From IMG/VR virus record IMGVR_UViG_3300008954_000001: a stretch of 64,000 nt of DNA. One strand, 5' to 3'. The notes under the pieces are model-generated. The model was not told where the DNA came from. It saw nothing but the letters and a program-made list of their open reading frames with translations, and made no database searches. The stretch comes from a virus (Duplodnaviria > Caudoviricetes). Below, one piece after another: positions 9,113 to 20,100 of the stretch. How positions within the stretch are numbered: position 1 is the first letter of the stretch; every line of letters starts with the position of its first letter. The position numbers were made by a program, and so were the translations under genes.

Positions 9113-9692
9113 GCCGATAGAGATACATAGACATATTCATGGTCCAAGAAGTAGGCACCTCGAAGTGGCTGACTAAGTGAAGCCTTTTGTAAACGCTGCC
9201 AGCGGATCTCATGGAGAGGAAAAACGAGCCTGGTTTCATTTCTTGGCAGGCTTTGACGAAAACCTTGTTGATCCCAAGGCTTCCAAAGCCACAGTTAGCC
9301 GAATAAACAACATCTGCATCGCTCAAGTCGTAGTTGAAGAAATCATCGCATACCAACTGGAGCTTCGAGAAGTCCCAAGACTTTGAGGCTCCCTTTACCA
9401 ATCTTCGAGCTTCATTGTGTCGAGTTTCGGATAGTTCAACACCCACGCATTTGCCGTAGCCGTAGTTCACGCAGGTAAATGCGGCTACGGCCCCACGACC
9501 ACTGCCCAAGTCTACGAATTTGCCGCTTCGTATGGGGATGTGGTTCATCATCGTAACGATCCCGGCCTCTTGAATCTCTCCGTAAACATAAAGACACCCC
9601 GTTTTCTTGAACAAAGAAAGTTCTTCGAGAGGCACCGAGTAGATTTCTTTACATTCGGGGGGCCAGTAGTCTTGTAGAGATGCGTAGTTCAT
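9093..9692 (-). CDS. DOT1-like SAM-dependent methyltransferase
   Basis: FVDLGSGRG, CVGVELSETRH, DFFNYDLSDADVVY. Confidence 0.75.
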   Translation of the reverse strand: MNYASLQDYWPPECKEIYSVPLEELSLFKKTGCLYVYGEIQEAGIVTMMNHIPIRSGKFVDLGSGRGAVAAFTCVNYGYGKCVGVELSETRHNEARRLVKGASKSWDFSKLQLVCDDFFNYDLSDADVVYSANCGFGSLGINKVFVKACQEMKPGSFFLSMRSAGSVYKRLHLVSHFEVPTSWTMNMSMYLYRLGGWTH

Positions 9693-9883
9693 CTGTGTTT
9701 CGGCATGGCCAACATCATTAGTCCGAAGCCAACGAGGATTGCAACACCCCCCGTAGCCGCTACTCCGAATTTCAACACCTTAATCGGAAGGGCTTCTGAT
9801 TTCTTTTCGGGTTGAGAGGCCCACGCATTAGCGAAGCCTTCAAGATAGTCTTGATGAACATTGTGTGGATTTCGATGTGACAT
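9689..9883 (-). CDS. small membrane protein
   Basis: C-terminal hydrophobic segment; ATGA coupling. Confidence 0.55.
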   Translation of the reverse strand: MSHRNPHNVHQDYLEGFANAWASQPEKKSEALPIKVLKFGVAATGGVAILVGFGLMMLAMPKHR

Positions 9884-9906
9884 GCCTTACCCCTTGATTA
9901 GTCACA

Positions 9907-10548
9907 TCATAGTACCCGTCGCTTCCCTTCCTCACATGGGGGCCAGACCAAGGGCAAGATATCGGGAGTTTTGGGGAAGTGGTGCTTGTACGCTCTATCG
10001 TGTCGGATCATCCATGATTGATGAGACTCGTGAACCAAGGCTTCGTTGTGCCAGTAAGGAAGATTCGTTCGGGGGTGGGACGAAAACTCCTTTTGCGTGA
10101 AGATCATGGCATTCTTTAACCAAGTCTCTCGAACCCCTCGGTCTTGCTGTGTGACTACATGAAACTCAAGCTCCCCCTTTCCGAGTTCACAGATTGGGCC
10201 TCGTCCAAGAGGGGTTTTCCGAGCCAACTGGATCATGGTCATCGTGTACATACATAGATGCCATTCGTATCCTCGCCACATCTCTTGGTTCCATTCCCAA
10301 TAGTTTTCCGCTGCGGGGTCCAGAAATGCTTCGGAACTTACAGTGCCGAAACCCCCTGACCCCATGGTGAGGTAGAAATCGTCGGGGTCGCCCGTCTTTT
10401 CAAGGATGGTAATTGCCACATGGATCGTGTGGAACAGTAGGGGGGCAGTCAAAACCCCCGCTGACTCTCCAAAATCCGCATAGGGGAGAAGCACGGGAGG
10501 TTGTTTACAGGACAGTGCTAAACTACGGCTCATACTGGTATTACCCAA
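9907..10548 (-). CDS. MSMEG_6728-like / pyrimidine-dimer glycosylase-related protein (divergent)
   Basis: LPYADFGESAGVL, MWRGYE, LPYW...VHESHQS, LPLVWP match the family pattern; start uncertain. Confidence 0.6.
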   Translation of the reverse strand: MGNTSMSRSLALSCKQPPVLLPYADFGESAGVLTAPLLFHTIHVAITILEKTGDPDDFYLTMGSGGFGTVSSEAFLDPAAENYWEWNQEMWRGYEWHLCMYTMTMIQLARKTPLGRGPICELGKGELEFHVVTQQDRGVRETWLKNAMIFTQKEFSSHPRTNLPYWHNEALVHESHQSWMIRHDRAYKHHFPKTPDILPLVWPPCEEGKRRVL

Positions 10549-10569
10549 GAAGGCCGCAAAACAGGCAGG

Positions 10570-10950
10570 TCAGGCTTCGCCTATCACCGTTTTCCACGCT
10601 TGGTGGGCTTCCATCATGCTGGCGATTTCCACCTCATCGTCGTCATCCATGATCTGTTCGAGAACGTAGTCCCCGATCTCAATCCTCATGGGTGGGATCA
10701 AGGGGGCTGGGATCTCTTCCTTCAAGAATTCTTCCGCCTGAGCAGCCTCTTCCAACTTCCTCAGTTGGTGGGCTTCCCTCAATTGTTCCCTCAAATGGTA
10801 GAACTGGTGCATGATTTCCAAGAGGTTTTGGTCATCGCAACCGCTCATCACATCAATCAAGTGCATGACCTTCGCCCGTGTTTCGGGGTCAGGGTGGGTA
10901 CGGGCCAAATCTTCGAGGTCTTTGATGAGTGGTGTAAAGATGTCTATCAT
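10570..10950 (-). CDS. hypothetical protein
   Basis: AAGAGG SD; helical acidic protein. Confidence 0.6.
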   Translation of the reverse strand: MIDIFTPLIKDLEDLARTHPDPETRAKVMHLIDVMSGCDDQNLLEIMHQFYHLREQLREAHQLRKLEEAAQAEEFLKEEIPAPLIPPMRIEIGDYVLEQIMDDDDEVEIASMMEAHQAWKTVIGEA

Positions 10951-11027
10951 TTGTGTTGCCTCTTTATGGTACTAAAACGCACATATAGGCAAACAAAAGA
11001 GTCTCTTTTTACTATCTGAAATAAGGG

Positions 11028-11078
11028 AGGGGCGAATAGGTGTTCGGGCAAGTTCAAATTGAACACCTATTCGCCCCT
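11028..11078. repeat. perfect 18-bp inverted repeat (terminator or cruciform)
   Basis: AGGGGCGAATAGGTGTTC-15 nt-GAACACCTATTCGCCCCT. Confidence 0.8.
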
Positions 11079-11387
11079 GAAATACCGAGCTTTCAAGATG
11101 CCTTCGCATCCCCTACATTCCACCCTACGCTACTACCGCTCCTCGTAGCAGCTACCCAACCGAATAACGAGCGTTGACCCCGACACGATTGAAGTCGTCT
11201 GTGTGACGCATATCTCCTACAATTAATGGATTGTGTTTGGTGCGTCCGCTAAATGCTTCCACACCATAAGCCCGACAACCCAACGGGCATTAACTTAACT
11301 AATGTAGGCTTCATATAAGCATGACAGACTCCTCGGTCGGGGTCGGAACTACATTGGATACCACAGACAGACAAAATTGGTCTCCCC

Positions 11388-11636
11388 TTAGGCATCTCCC
11401 CGCTTGTTATGCCCCAACAGTGAGGACAGCGTAGCGGAGGCTTGTTCTAACCGTTCTTTGTGATTCATGATGTCAGATTCCTTGATTTCGTCCAACATCA
11501 TCCAAAGAGACTCATTCTCATCAATCAAAATGGACATGGCTTTCGCACACTCCTCCAACACCATTTGCTTTCCAGCATCTTGTTCCAGCCTCGACATCAG
11601 TTGAAGCCTAATTAGTAAGAGGTGTAGATCGTCCAT
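11388..11636 (-). CDS. hypothetical coiled-coil protein
   Basis: Open frame, ATG start. Confidence 0.55.
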   Translation of the reverse strand: MDDLHLLLIRLQLMSRLEQDAGKQMVLEECAKAMSILIDENESLWMMLDEIKESDIMNHKERLEQASATLSSLLGHNKRGDA

Positions 11637-11858
11637 GTCTATTAGGCGGTCGTATAGAGAATCTACCCTCTCATTTTTTGAGCCGAGTTCCCTAATGATT
11701 ACAGCAAGTCATCATTTCCTTGAATTTAACCTGTCAGATTAGGGGTCGCTAATACGACAAGGGGTATATGAAGATGAACAACATTACTCAAAACAGTCCT
11801 TGGTCGAAGCCCTTTGAATGCCCCACCGAAAGCCCCTCCCCACCTCGAAAGATGTGGA

Positions 11859-11891
11859 GGGGGGGCCAATTTGCAGAGTTGTCGGTACTAC
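11859..11891 (+). promoter_or_regulatory. phage early-type promoter motif
   Basis: GGGGGGGCCAAT-N11-TCGGTACTAC; downstream TCGGTACTACAAGAGAA is identical to the copy at 32178. Confidence 0.75.
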
Positions 11892-11920
11892 AAGAGAACC
11901 ATCGTTCTGAGGGAAAACAA

Positions 11921-13519
11921 ATGAATGCTCTTATCGTCGGTGGGGAGCGGACTTTCATAAAGAATGTACTCGGTCCACGCCTTGAGAAAGAAGGCATTAC
12001 GATTGGGTCAATCTGGGATTGGGATAAATCAAAACCCATTCAGTCCATCCCCTCTGGTTGTGACAGTGTGATCGTTGTGAAGGACATGACGAATCACGGA
12101 CAGCGAGATGCCGTCCGACTACTGGCACGGCGAGGCGGGTTGCCATTTGCGGAAATCCCACGGAAATGGGCGGTTGCATATAACGATCTGGTTAAAGCTG
12201 GTTTTATCCAGCGAGGGGATAGTGTGAGTCGAAACAGAAAAAAGACCAATGGCGATGCTCTCATTCTTCAAGAGGATTACACCCAAACCTTTGGGCGCAT
12301 AATCATCTACGCAAAGAAATACTTTGAGAAGAAAGGCCGAAGACCCAAAGCCAAGGAAGTGTCCACAGCACTCCACATTCCGACCTATCACCCCGGTATG
12401 CAAAAGGGCATCAACCAAGGCATTTCCGAGGCGAAAGGCGAGATCGCCCCCCTCCAAGAAAACCAGAAACTGAGCGAGTTGTTGGATATCGCCCTACAGG
12501 ACAACCCTGAATGGCTGTTGGAGCCTCGTAACTTTGCCAAGTTTCTGAGCGAAATGATGGGAAAGGCTAACGATGAGTCTTGGTACAAAGAGGTGCGTAG
12601 GCTGGCTCTGGCAACCCAACGGCGATGGAAGCAAGCCAGCGGAGCAGGCCGCAGATCCCCCGAACGCATTTTCTTGAGTGGTCTGAAAGCTAAGTGGATG
12701 GAGCGTCAATGTCGTACCGAGTACGCTGACAAGCAAGTGTTCCCCACTCAGGCTGAACTCAACCCTCTTTGCCGTAAGATTTTCGATTCTGGATTGCCCG
12801 TAAGTGTTGCCGATTCAGTTTTTGCTGAGTTGCAACTGGAACTCGCCCAACCTGAAGCCAAGGTTGTAGAACCTGAAGCCAAGGTTGTAGAAGCACCCCC
12901 TGTGGAAACCAAGGAGGACTCGGTGGAGCCTGTTGTTACCACGAAGCCCAAGAAGCCCAAGAAGCAGTCGCTACAAAGTGCTGTGTTGAGGGAAGCCATT
13001 GGCAAATACATTGACATGCTCGGCAAGACCTACGATTGCAAGATCGCAGAGTTAGCGGGTTGTAGCTCAACCTCTGTGAGCCGTTATCGCAACGAGCTTG
13101 GCATCGCTCCATTCAAGATGGCTAAGACGAAAAAGGAACCCACGGAGCAGGTTGAAGTCTCCTTGGCACAAGTTGAGGTGGTGGATCTTCGGAATGAGAT
13201 CCGAAGTCTCCGAGACGACCACTCAGCTTTGCTGGACACTACGGCTCGACTGGAAGGGTTGATCAACGACAACCGAGAAACCATCACCAAGCTCGAAGAG
13301 CGGGTGGAGGCAAAGGACGGTCTTGTGGCCCACCTGACGGACCAGATCGCCGCTCTAACGGCTTCCACGGGTCAGGATGGGGTTACGCCCCCGACGAACG
13401 GAAAGGCCGCTCTCGGCACCGTTGGGACCGCTGTGGAGTCCTTGATTGAAGCGGGCATGAAGGTTCAACTTGTGGTGGATAACACCGCCCTCTTGGAAAG
13501 GGATGACCAGCGGCATTGA
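11921..13519 (+). CDS. DUF2325-like N-terminal domain plus HTH plus coiled-coil protein
   Basis: MNALIVGG...DSVIVVKDMTNH...ARRGGLPF; DCKIAELAGCSSTSVSRYRNELGI HTH; ATG 11921 lies downstream of the promoter motif. Confidence 0.65.
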   Translation: MNALIVGGERTFIKNVLGPRLEKEGITIGSIWDWDKSKPIQSIPSGCDSVIVVKDMTNHGQRDAVRLLARRGGLPFAEIPRKWAVAYNDLVKAGFIQRGDSVSRNRKKTNGDALILQEDYTQTFGRIIIYAKKYFEKKGRRPKAKEVSTALHIPTYHPGMQKGINQGISEAKGEIAPLQENQKLSELLDIALQDNPEWLLEPRNFAKFLSEMMGKANDESWYKEVRRLALATQRRWKQASGAGRRSPERIFLSGLKAKWMERQCRTEYADKQVFPTQAELNPLCRKIFDSGLPVSVADSVFAELQLELAQPEAKVVEPEAKVVEAPPVETKEDSVEPVVTTKPKKPKKQSLQSAVLREAIGKYIDMLGKTYDCKIAELAGCSSTSVSRYRNELGIAPFKMAKTKKEPTEQVEVSLAQVEVVDLRNEIRSLRDDHSALLDTTARLEGLINDNRETITKLEERVEAKDGLVAHLTDQIAALTASTGQDGVTPPTNGKAALGTVGTAVESLIEAGMKVQLVVDNTALLERDDQRH

Positions 13520-13555
13520 GGGGTATTATGAAGGCGAATAAAGCAAGGGAGAAGT

Positions 13556-13789
13556 ATGAAAACTATCATACACGTCAACCAGCATGTCATTCGTCGCAAC
13601 ACCAAGGAAGGTACGGACGACCCGTGCCTGACAGTCAAGACTTACAAGGATAACCGCTATGCCAATAACGCCATCATCCGTGATAAAGACGGCAATGAGG
13701 TAGCAAGAGTGGTATATTCACCTCACAAGCCCTTAGGTTGCGGTGCTCGCTGTTGGATCGAGACACAACTACAAGTAGACGCTGAATAG
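13556..13789 (+). CDS. conserved phage hypothetical protein
   Basis: IIHVNQHVI...VVYSPHKPLGCGARCWIET, a motif recalled from marine T4-like phages; GGGAG SD. Confidence 0.65.
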   Translation: MKTIIHVNQHVIRRNTKEGTDDPCLTVKTYKDNRYANNAIIRDKDGNEVARVVYSPHKPLGCGARCWIETQLQVDAE

Positions 13790-13816
13790 GGCCGCTTCAC
13801 TATCATTGGAGTAAAT

Positions 13817-14128
13817 ATGCGAAGGTCAGAACCCATGACCAGTTGGGTTAATTACGCCTTGTGGTCATGCAACAAACATCTCCCCGCTGCCAGAATCCCC
13901 GCTGATATCGAAAAGTGTTGGTACGGCTGTGGAGATGTTCGCCCATCAATGGAAGCTCGCCCAAAGGCCAAACAAGTTGAGGCTCCTACAAAACTGGTGG
14001 TCCCCAACTCTATGTTTTGTGCGTGGCATGAGTGCAATACTCCGACCCGTGAAGGCTCGAAGTATTGCTCCCGTAACTGCTCAAACAAAAACGCACGAGC
14101 AAGGCATAAGGCCCGTAAAGCCGCCTAA
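13817..14128 (+). CDS. Cys-rich zinc-finger protein
   Basis: CAWHEC...YCSRNCSNK; GGAG SD. Confidence 0.6.
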   Translation: MRRSEPMTSWVNYALWSCNKHLPAARIPADIEKCWYGCGDVRPSMEARPKAKQVEAPTKLVVPNSMFCAWHECNTPTREGSKYCSRNCSNKNARARHKARKAA

Positions 14129-17100
14129 GCCTCGTCGCCATCTGGAGCTATCGGGTATGCGGCGAAGTTGGCCGCTACGATTTCTCCTGAAGTGCCAGCA
14201 TGATCGAAGGTGTCGTCCAACTTCCACGAGAGGCCGTCATTTTCACTGCGGTACAGGGTGTGGTTAGAACCCGCCGCAACCCATTTCCCGGAGTCGTCTC
14301 CATCCAACACTCGAAGGTCGGTATTGGGCACTTCTAATGAAGGTGTCCAACTGCCGCCCATATCAAGTGATTTGAACACACAGCCCTTCCCACTTGAGCT
14401 TGTTCCAACGACCATCAGTATTCCCCATTCTGGAGAATACTTCGCCATATACAGCGTAACGGGGTCGTCGTCGCTGTCTGCGAATGGTTCAATTGTCCAC
14501 CCTACAAGGCCCGCAACAAGGCCGGTGCTACCGTTTGTGTCTGGGCTGATGGCGAGGCCCCCAACTTGTGGGATGTACCAATGATCTTCACCGAGGTAGT
14601 AGTTGTCCGAAGCGAAACAAGGAGGTCCAGAGTTTACCCATGCTACAGATTCTGCGACAGGTAGACCCACGGGGGGTCCATCTGAGAATTGAGCGAACAC
14701 CGTGATTGGTGGGAAGCCCAACTGTGCATCGGTACTTTCGATTTCGGGTCGTACCAACAACCGTGTGGTTGTGGCTTGTTGACCCGTGCCGACCCCAAAC
14801 CATTTCACATTGTTGGGGGAGGACATCGCCGTTGTGGGTGCGGCTGCATCACGATAACCTGCCAGAAGGTCATTGCCTTCTTGGTCGGAAGCAAAGATGT
14901 TCACCAGACCCGTAGGGGTTCCGTTCAAAATAAGACCTTGAACCAACCAACCCTCGCCGGAAGGGGCATATGACCCTGAAAAATCAGTAAGGATAACCAA
15001 TGAGTTATCTGGGCCAGCTACCGTTATACTGCCGAAGTGTGGTGAAGATAGTGTGCTGGAAGGGTCGATCTCTGCGGCGGCGATCTCGAACTGGAAACCC
15101 CAAATATCATCCACATTCCGTAGGTAGATGCCCCAAGTACCGTCTCCCATATCCGCCAATTCTACGGCGTTGGGGTTTGGGGTGTAATTCACCCTCGCAA
15201 GTACGGGTTCCATGTTCGTAACGGATGGAACCCATTGGTTAGGATCAGCAAGGTTTGGACCCATTCCAGCGAGATGGTAGCCTAAATGAGACTCAAAAAG
15301 GCCCTCGAAACCCGTATCTTTGTTGTCATAAAGTTCGTATTCCTCTCCGGCACTATGGACCCACACAGCGTCACCCAACGGTCCAGGGATTTCATCCGTC
15401 TGGAAATATGCTGGTAAAGCCAGAAACATGGAAGTGTCTGTCTGGTGCCAACCAAAGTCAGGGTCGCCTTCGGTTGCGAGAGCGTTGATATACCAAGCCC
15501 CTCTCTCATCTGGTCCATCGTTGTCACGGGTGGTGTAGAGCATCAACGCATCTGTGACTTGCCCATAACCACTCGAAGGATCAGCGTAGGCCACCCAATA
15601 GGGGCTAAGAGGGTCTTGAGAAACGGTTCGATAGCCAAAAGCTAATGGGCTTGGGTTCAGAAGGCTTCCAACACCCGTCTGGTCTCCCAGAACAGTGGGC
15701 ATCTGGTTTTGGTTGCCCCAACTTCCCGGCAACCCGCTCTCACTTGAAATCCAAGTAGCTCCCGTACTGTCTTGAAAGATAGTTTGACCAAAGTTGTGCG
15801 TGTCGGTGGAGGAGGCGTAGAGAATACCGCAACATTGTGCGTCTGAAAGAGCTTCCACTGCTGGAAGATTCTCAAAGGAGTAACCATCATTAAAAGAGAT
15901 TCCGAAAACACCGTTCTCTCCTCCAACAACCCACACCCCATAACCATTGGCCCCAACATTTTCGATGCTGATAAGTTTGTCTGGATTCGTGACAACTCGC
16001 TCCCAAGATTCCCCACCATCTTCCGAACGGAAAAGGATACCGCCGTTCGTGGTGTGGCCAACGGCCATCAGAACCCCTTGGCCCTCCCCAAAATTGTAGG
16101 AACCGGATATCTCAGTGATCTGAGCGGGTGCTCCTAAGGCATCAAATAGTTCGATACCGTAATGCCCACTCCCGAACCACTCCTGCCATGGACCCAAGAC
16201 CACAAGTCCTCGGCTATGCCCCATGAAGATTTTGTACTCAACCAAATCGAAGTAGGGTTTGGATAGCTCTTTGAGTTCACCATATCCCCACGCCACAGAC
16301 GGAACACCTAATGCTTCCCAGATCTGAGCATACGAGTAAACAAAAAGATCCGACCCGTGCTCCCACCATTCCGTTGTATCGTATTCAAAGAAGTAGGAGG
16401 ACTCGGTGGAGCCTGTGGGGTCTTCACAAACGAACCAATATATTCCCGTGTATGGTTGGACTCCCATAGAAGTCACCTTCAACGAAGAACCTGGGTTGAA
16501 ACCGTAACCTACTTCGATCTCGTCACCACCGTCATTTGCAAACCTCAGTTCAGCAACAGGGTTGATAACTAAACCACTCCCCTCTTGTTCCGAGGCCGTG
16601 TGGTTGATTACGTGCTTACCAGACCACTCATACAGAGTTCCCGTGAAGGGGTCGTAGTCCACATCAACCGTTGGGCCATCCGATATGATCCGTAAGCCAA
16701 CAACTCGATCCGCAAGTGGGGTGCTGTCGGCTGCGCCTTCATAGGTGAACCCATAGCCTTCAATGCCAAGGACAGCGAAGGGGGAGTTTGCATAATCCAC
16801 ATTCGGGTTGTCTGGCCTCATAGTCCCATGGCTCGTAAACGTGCCAACATTAGGGGCTGTCAGAATACTAATTTGGGGTGCCGAATCTGGACTAACCCCC
16901 CACAAAGCCTCAATATCGGCGTTTTGGAAGGCAGCCGCATACATACCTTCTCCAACTTGAGTGACCACCAAAACAGTTTGGTGGAAAGGTTCGGAAACCA
17001 TGGCCGCTATGGAAGCGGGCTGCGAGTCAATAGTAAGGCTCTCGGTTTGGAATGCCTCTGAAACACCGTCTGAAAGATCACTTACTTTAGCCCAAGCGAT

Positions 17101-20100
17101 CTGATCCTCATGTGTCGTCGGATTTCCAACGACAACGAAGCCCCCGGCTCGTCCGATTAGGTCACCTTCCGCACTGTGCGAGGAAAAAGTGCCTAAGCCC
17201 GAATCTTGAGCAGTGGTTACCGCAGTTTCGCTGGTCCCAGTCGAGACATCGAGTGTTGCCACTACCCCATCACCGAATAGCATGGTCCATTCGGTTGGGA
17301 GGCCGTCAGAACCGTCTGGTGGTCCGAATACTGGTATGTTGGGATCAAGAGTTCGTTCACTGGGGTCCAATCGCCCAATGGCTGACTCGAAGAGTTCTTC
17401 AACATGGACAGTTCGTTCAGCAGTAGCTGTCAGTCCTGTCGTATTGTCCGTCACGCTATAGTTGAGTGTGTACTCGCCTTTAGTCGAGGTTCCAGTTCCA
17501 CCATCTCCGGGAGCAATCCCGTCACCACCTGTGTACTTCTGGCTGGGGACCAGATCACCACTCAGCGCAGAGTAGTTACCACCCGTACTCGCTTCCCAAA
17601 CCGTCCCGTCACTTTCAATCAGACGGACACCAGGATCTGAGTATTCCGTTCCCCATGTGTGGAACATCGGGTTCTGGCCCACGACTTCAAGTCGTGGGGC
17701 GGGGTAATCTGCGGGATCAACTGTTGGGACAAAAGCCGTAATCGATCCGAGAACAACATTCGGATTCAAGGCCGCATTGTCGGTTCTTGTGAAAGCAGTG
17801 CCATTATCGTCGGAGAGGGCCATGCTCCAACCAGCGACATACCAACCACTGGACCAATTATGGCCGTAGTAACCATTCTCGTCGGGGGCTGAATCAAATG
17901 TGACCGTAGCGATATGTTGGTTTCCTTCGTCGATGTAGACGTAGGGATAACTGTTATCCCATTGAGCAAGGCGGTTGTCGTCCACTGGGTTATACACGAA
18001 GACCCATCCATCTGGGAGGTCTTCGCCAAGTTCCGCAAACACTATGCTTGGGTTGTAAGCCACATACAGCGAATTCCACCCATCTGAAGCGTAAGGCAGG
18101 TCAAGGTACACCTCGTAAGTATAGTCTTGGACAAGGTTTCCATTTGGTGTCGTGGTTCCTGGTTCGAGTTGAACAAGCGAGACGGTAACTGGTCCTGATG
18201 GAACAGCGATGTATCGTTGATTGAGCAGATACGCCCCCGTTGCCACAAACGAACTATCCAAATCCTCATTGTCGGTGGCATCATCCGCTAATTCAAAATA
18301 GTTAGCTTTGTAAATCCCCGCCTTAGTGAAGTCGGCTACGAGTTCCCACATTCCTCCGCCATTGGGGTCGGCCACCATGCGGTAAAGGTTTCGTGTTGTA
18401 GAGGCGACAACATTACCGTCGCCATCGTACATGGAGGCTCCTGAATCAACCCAACTGGGATCAGGGGACCAATAGTTCCCGTCCCAAGTACCGGCGATAG
18501 AATTGTTTTCACCGTTCAACTGAATCGCATCAGGAACAGCGGCGGCCTCGACGATGATGGTTCGGTCAATGTTGCTTACGTTTCCACTATCGTCTGTCCA
18601 TTCGTATGTGATGGTGTAGGAGCCAGCGGTGTTTTCATCGATGCTCCCACCATACGAGAGATTTGCGGGTGTCGCCGTCAGATCGCCGTCCCACACAGTC
18701 TTTTCGCCTTTTGGGGGGTCAAGTGCAACAAAGCCCTCTTCAATATATGAGTCACCTTCGGTGATAGTTACGATGCTGTCTCCTATAAGGTAGAGGATCG
18801 CAGCGGCAGTATCTTCTTCAAAGATCGTCTGTACTTCAGTTCCCGAAAGTTCACGGGCATAAAGTCGGATATCGTTCATATATCCCGTGAAGCCTTGAGC
18901 AGTCTCTTCCCCTTCTTGGGGAGGCATATTGAACACTCGTCCACCGAGAATTATTTGGGTTACTTGCTGATCCCCTTGGACAAGGGGCATACCGAGTAGG
19001 TGGTAAGCGTGTTCTGAATCAAAAACCCCATTGATGAAAAACTTGATCGTGTTTCCAGTGTGTACAAAGGCAACGTGGTGCCAAGCAAATCCTGTTGGGT
19101 CCACATCCTCGGTAACAAGGTTTGCGGTTGAGGAGGTTCCCCCAAAGTCTGGATCAAAGCTCTGGTGAGGGCCATGGCTGGCAGTCAATTTCCCAACATC
19201 AGGGCTATCTGAATCCGCAATTAGATAGTAGCCCATGGCATCATTGCCGCCCATGTCCTCCTCTACGTTCCGTTGGATGAAAATAGGATAATTCCAAGCC
19301 CCCGCCGAGTATATTGGTCGTACCCAAGCCGTTACGGTATGGGGGCCGTAGGACATAAGGTTGAGAGCGAATTCGTGGTCAACTTGGTCAGCGTACCAGC
19401 CATCCCCGCTCGCAAAGGGGGTTTGAATCACCCCTTCGCTGACTGGAATGGCGGGCCAGTAAGCCCAATCTCTTGGGCCAGCAAGAACAAGAACGTCTTC
19501 CCAAGCAACAGCACCGTCGTTACCCTCGACATTAGTGATACCGACATTAGCCGTTCCCGGTGTAGCGGCCTCCTCTACATTTGTCTTAATGGCCGCCAAA
19601 TCTTCTTGGGGGGCATATAACGAAAGCTGCTGAACGCCCTTTGCTCTGATTTCTGCAATTTCCTGATAAGTAAGAGGACGATCCCAGAACGAAACCTCTT
19701 GCATGGCCCCAACAAAATGGTTGGTCGCAACGCCTTGGCTAACACTTGCACCAATGGCGCAATCCGTTGGTGTTGATTGAGGGTTTCCGCCCGCAACTTC
19801 AAGGAGGGGGAGTGCTATCTCTCCAATATTAACCCCATCGACCCATAAGACGGCCATGGGCGTTGTGTCGTGGGAACTATATCGGGTAAAGGCAATGTGG
19901 TGCCACAGACCATCTCGAAGGTCGTGGTTTAGCCGTTCGCCCCCCATGGTCGCCTGAACCTCTCGGACCAGTAATTCTTGTCCTTGGTTTCCGTACCAAG
20001 TAGCACCAATGTATGCGCCGAAGTTATCAGACCACATCCCAAGGCCAAAGTTAGCCCATTCCATACAGCGGGCGATGGTGCCAAGGCCGCCATCAATAGG

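Noticed and set aside
12850-12892. 21-bp tandem duplication
   Set aside because: In-frame PEAKVVE duplication in a linker; ordinary slippage
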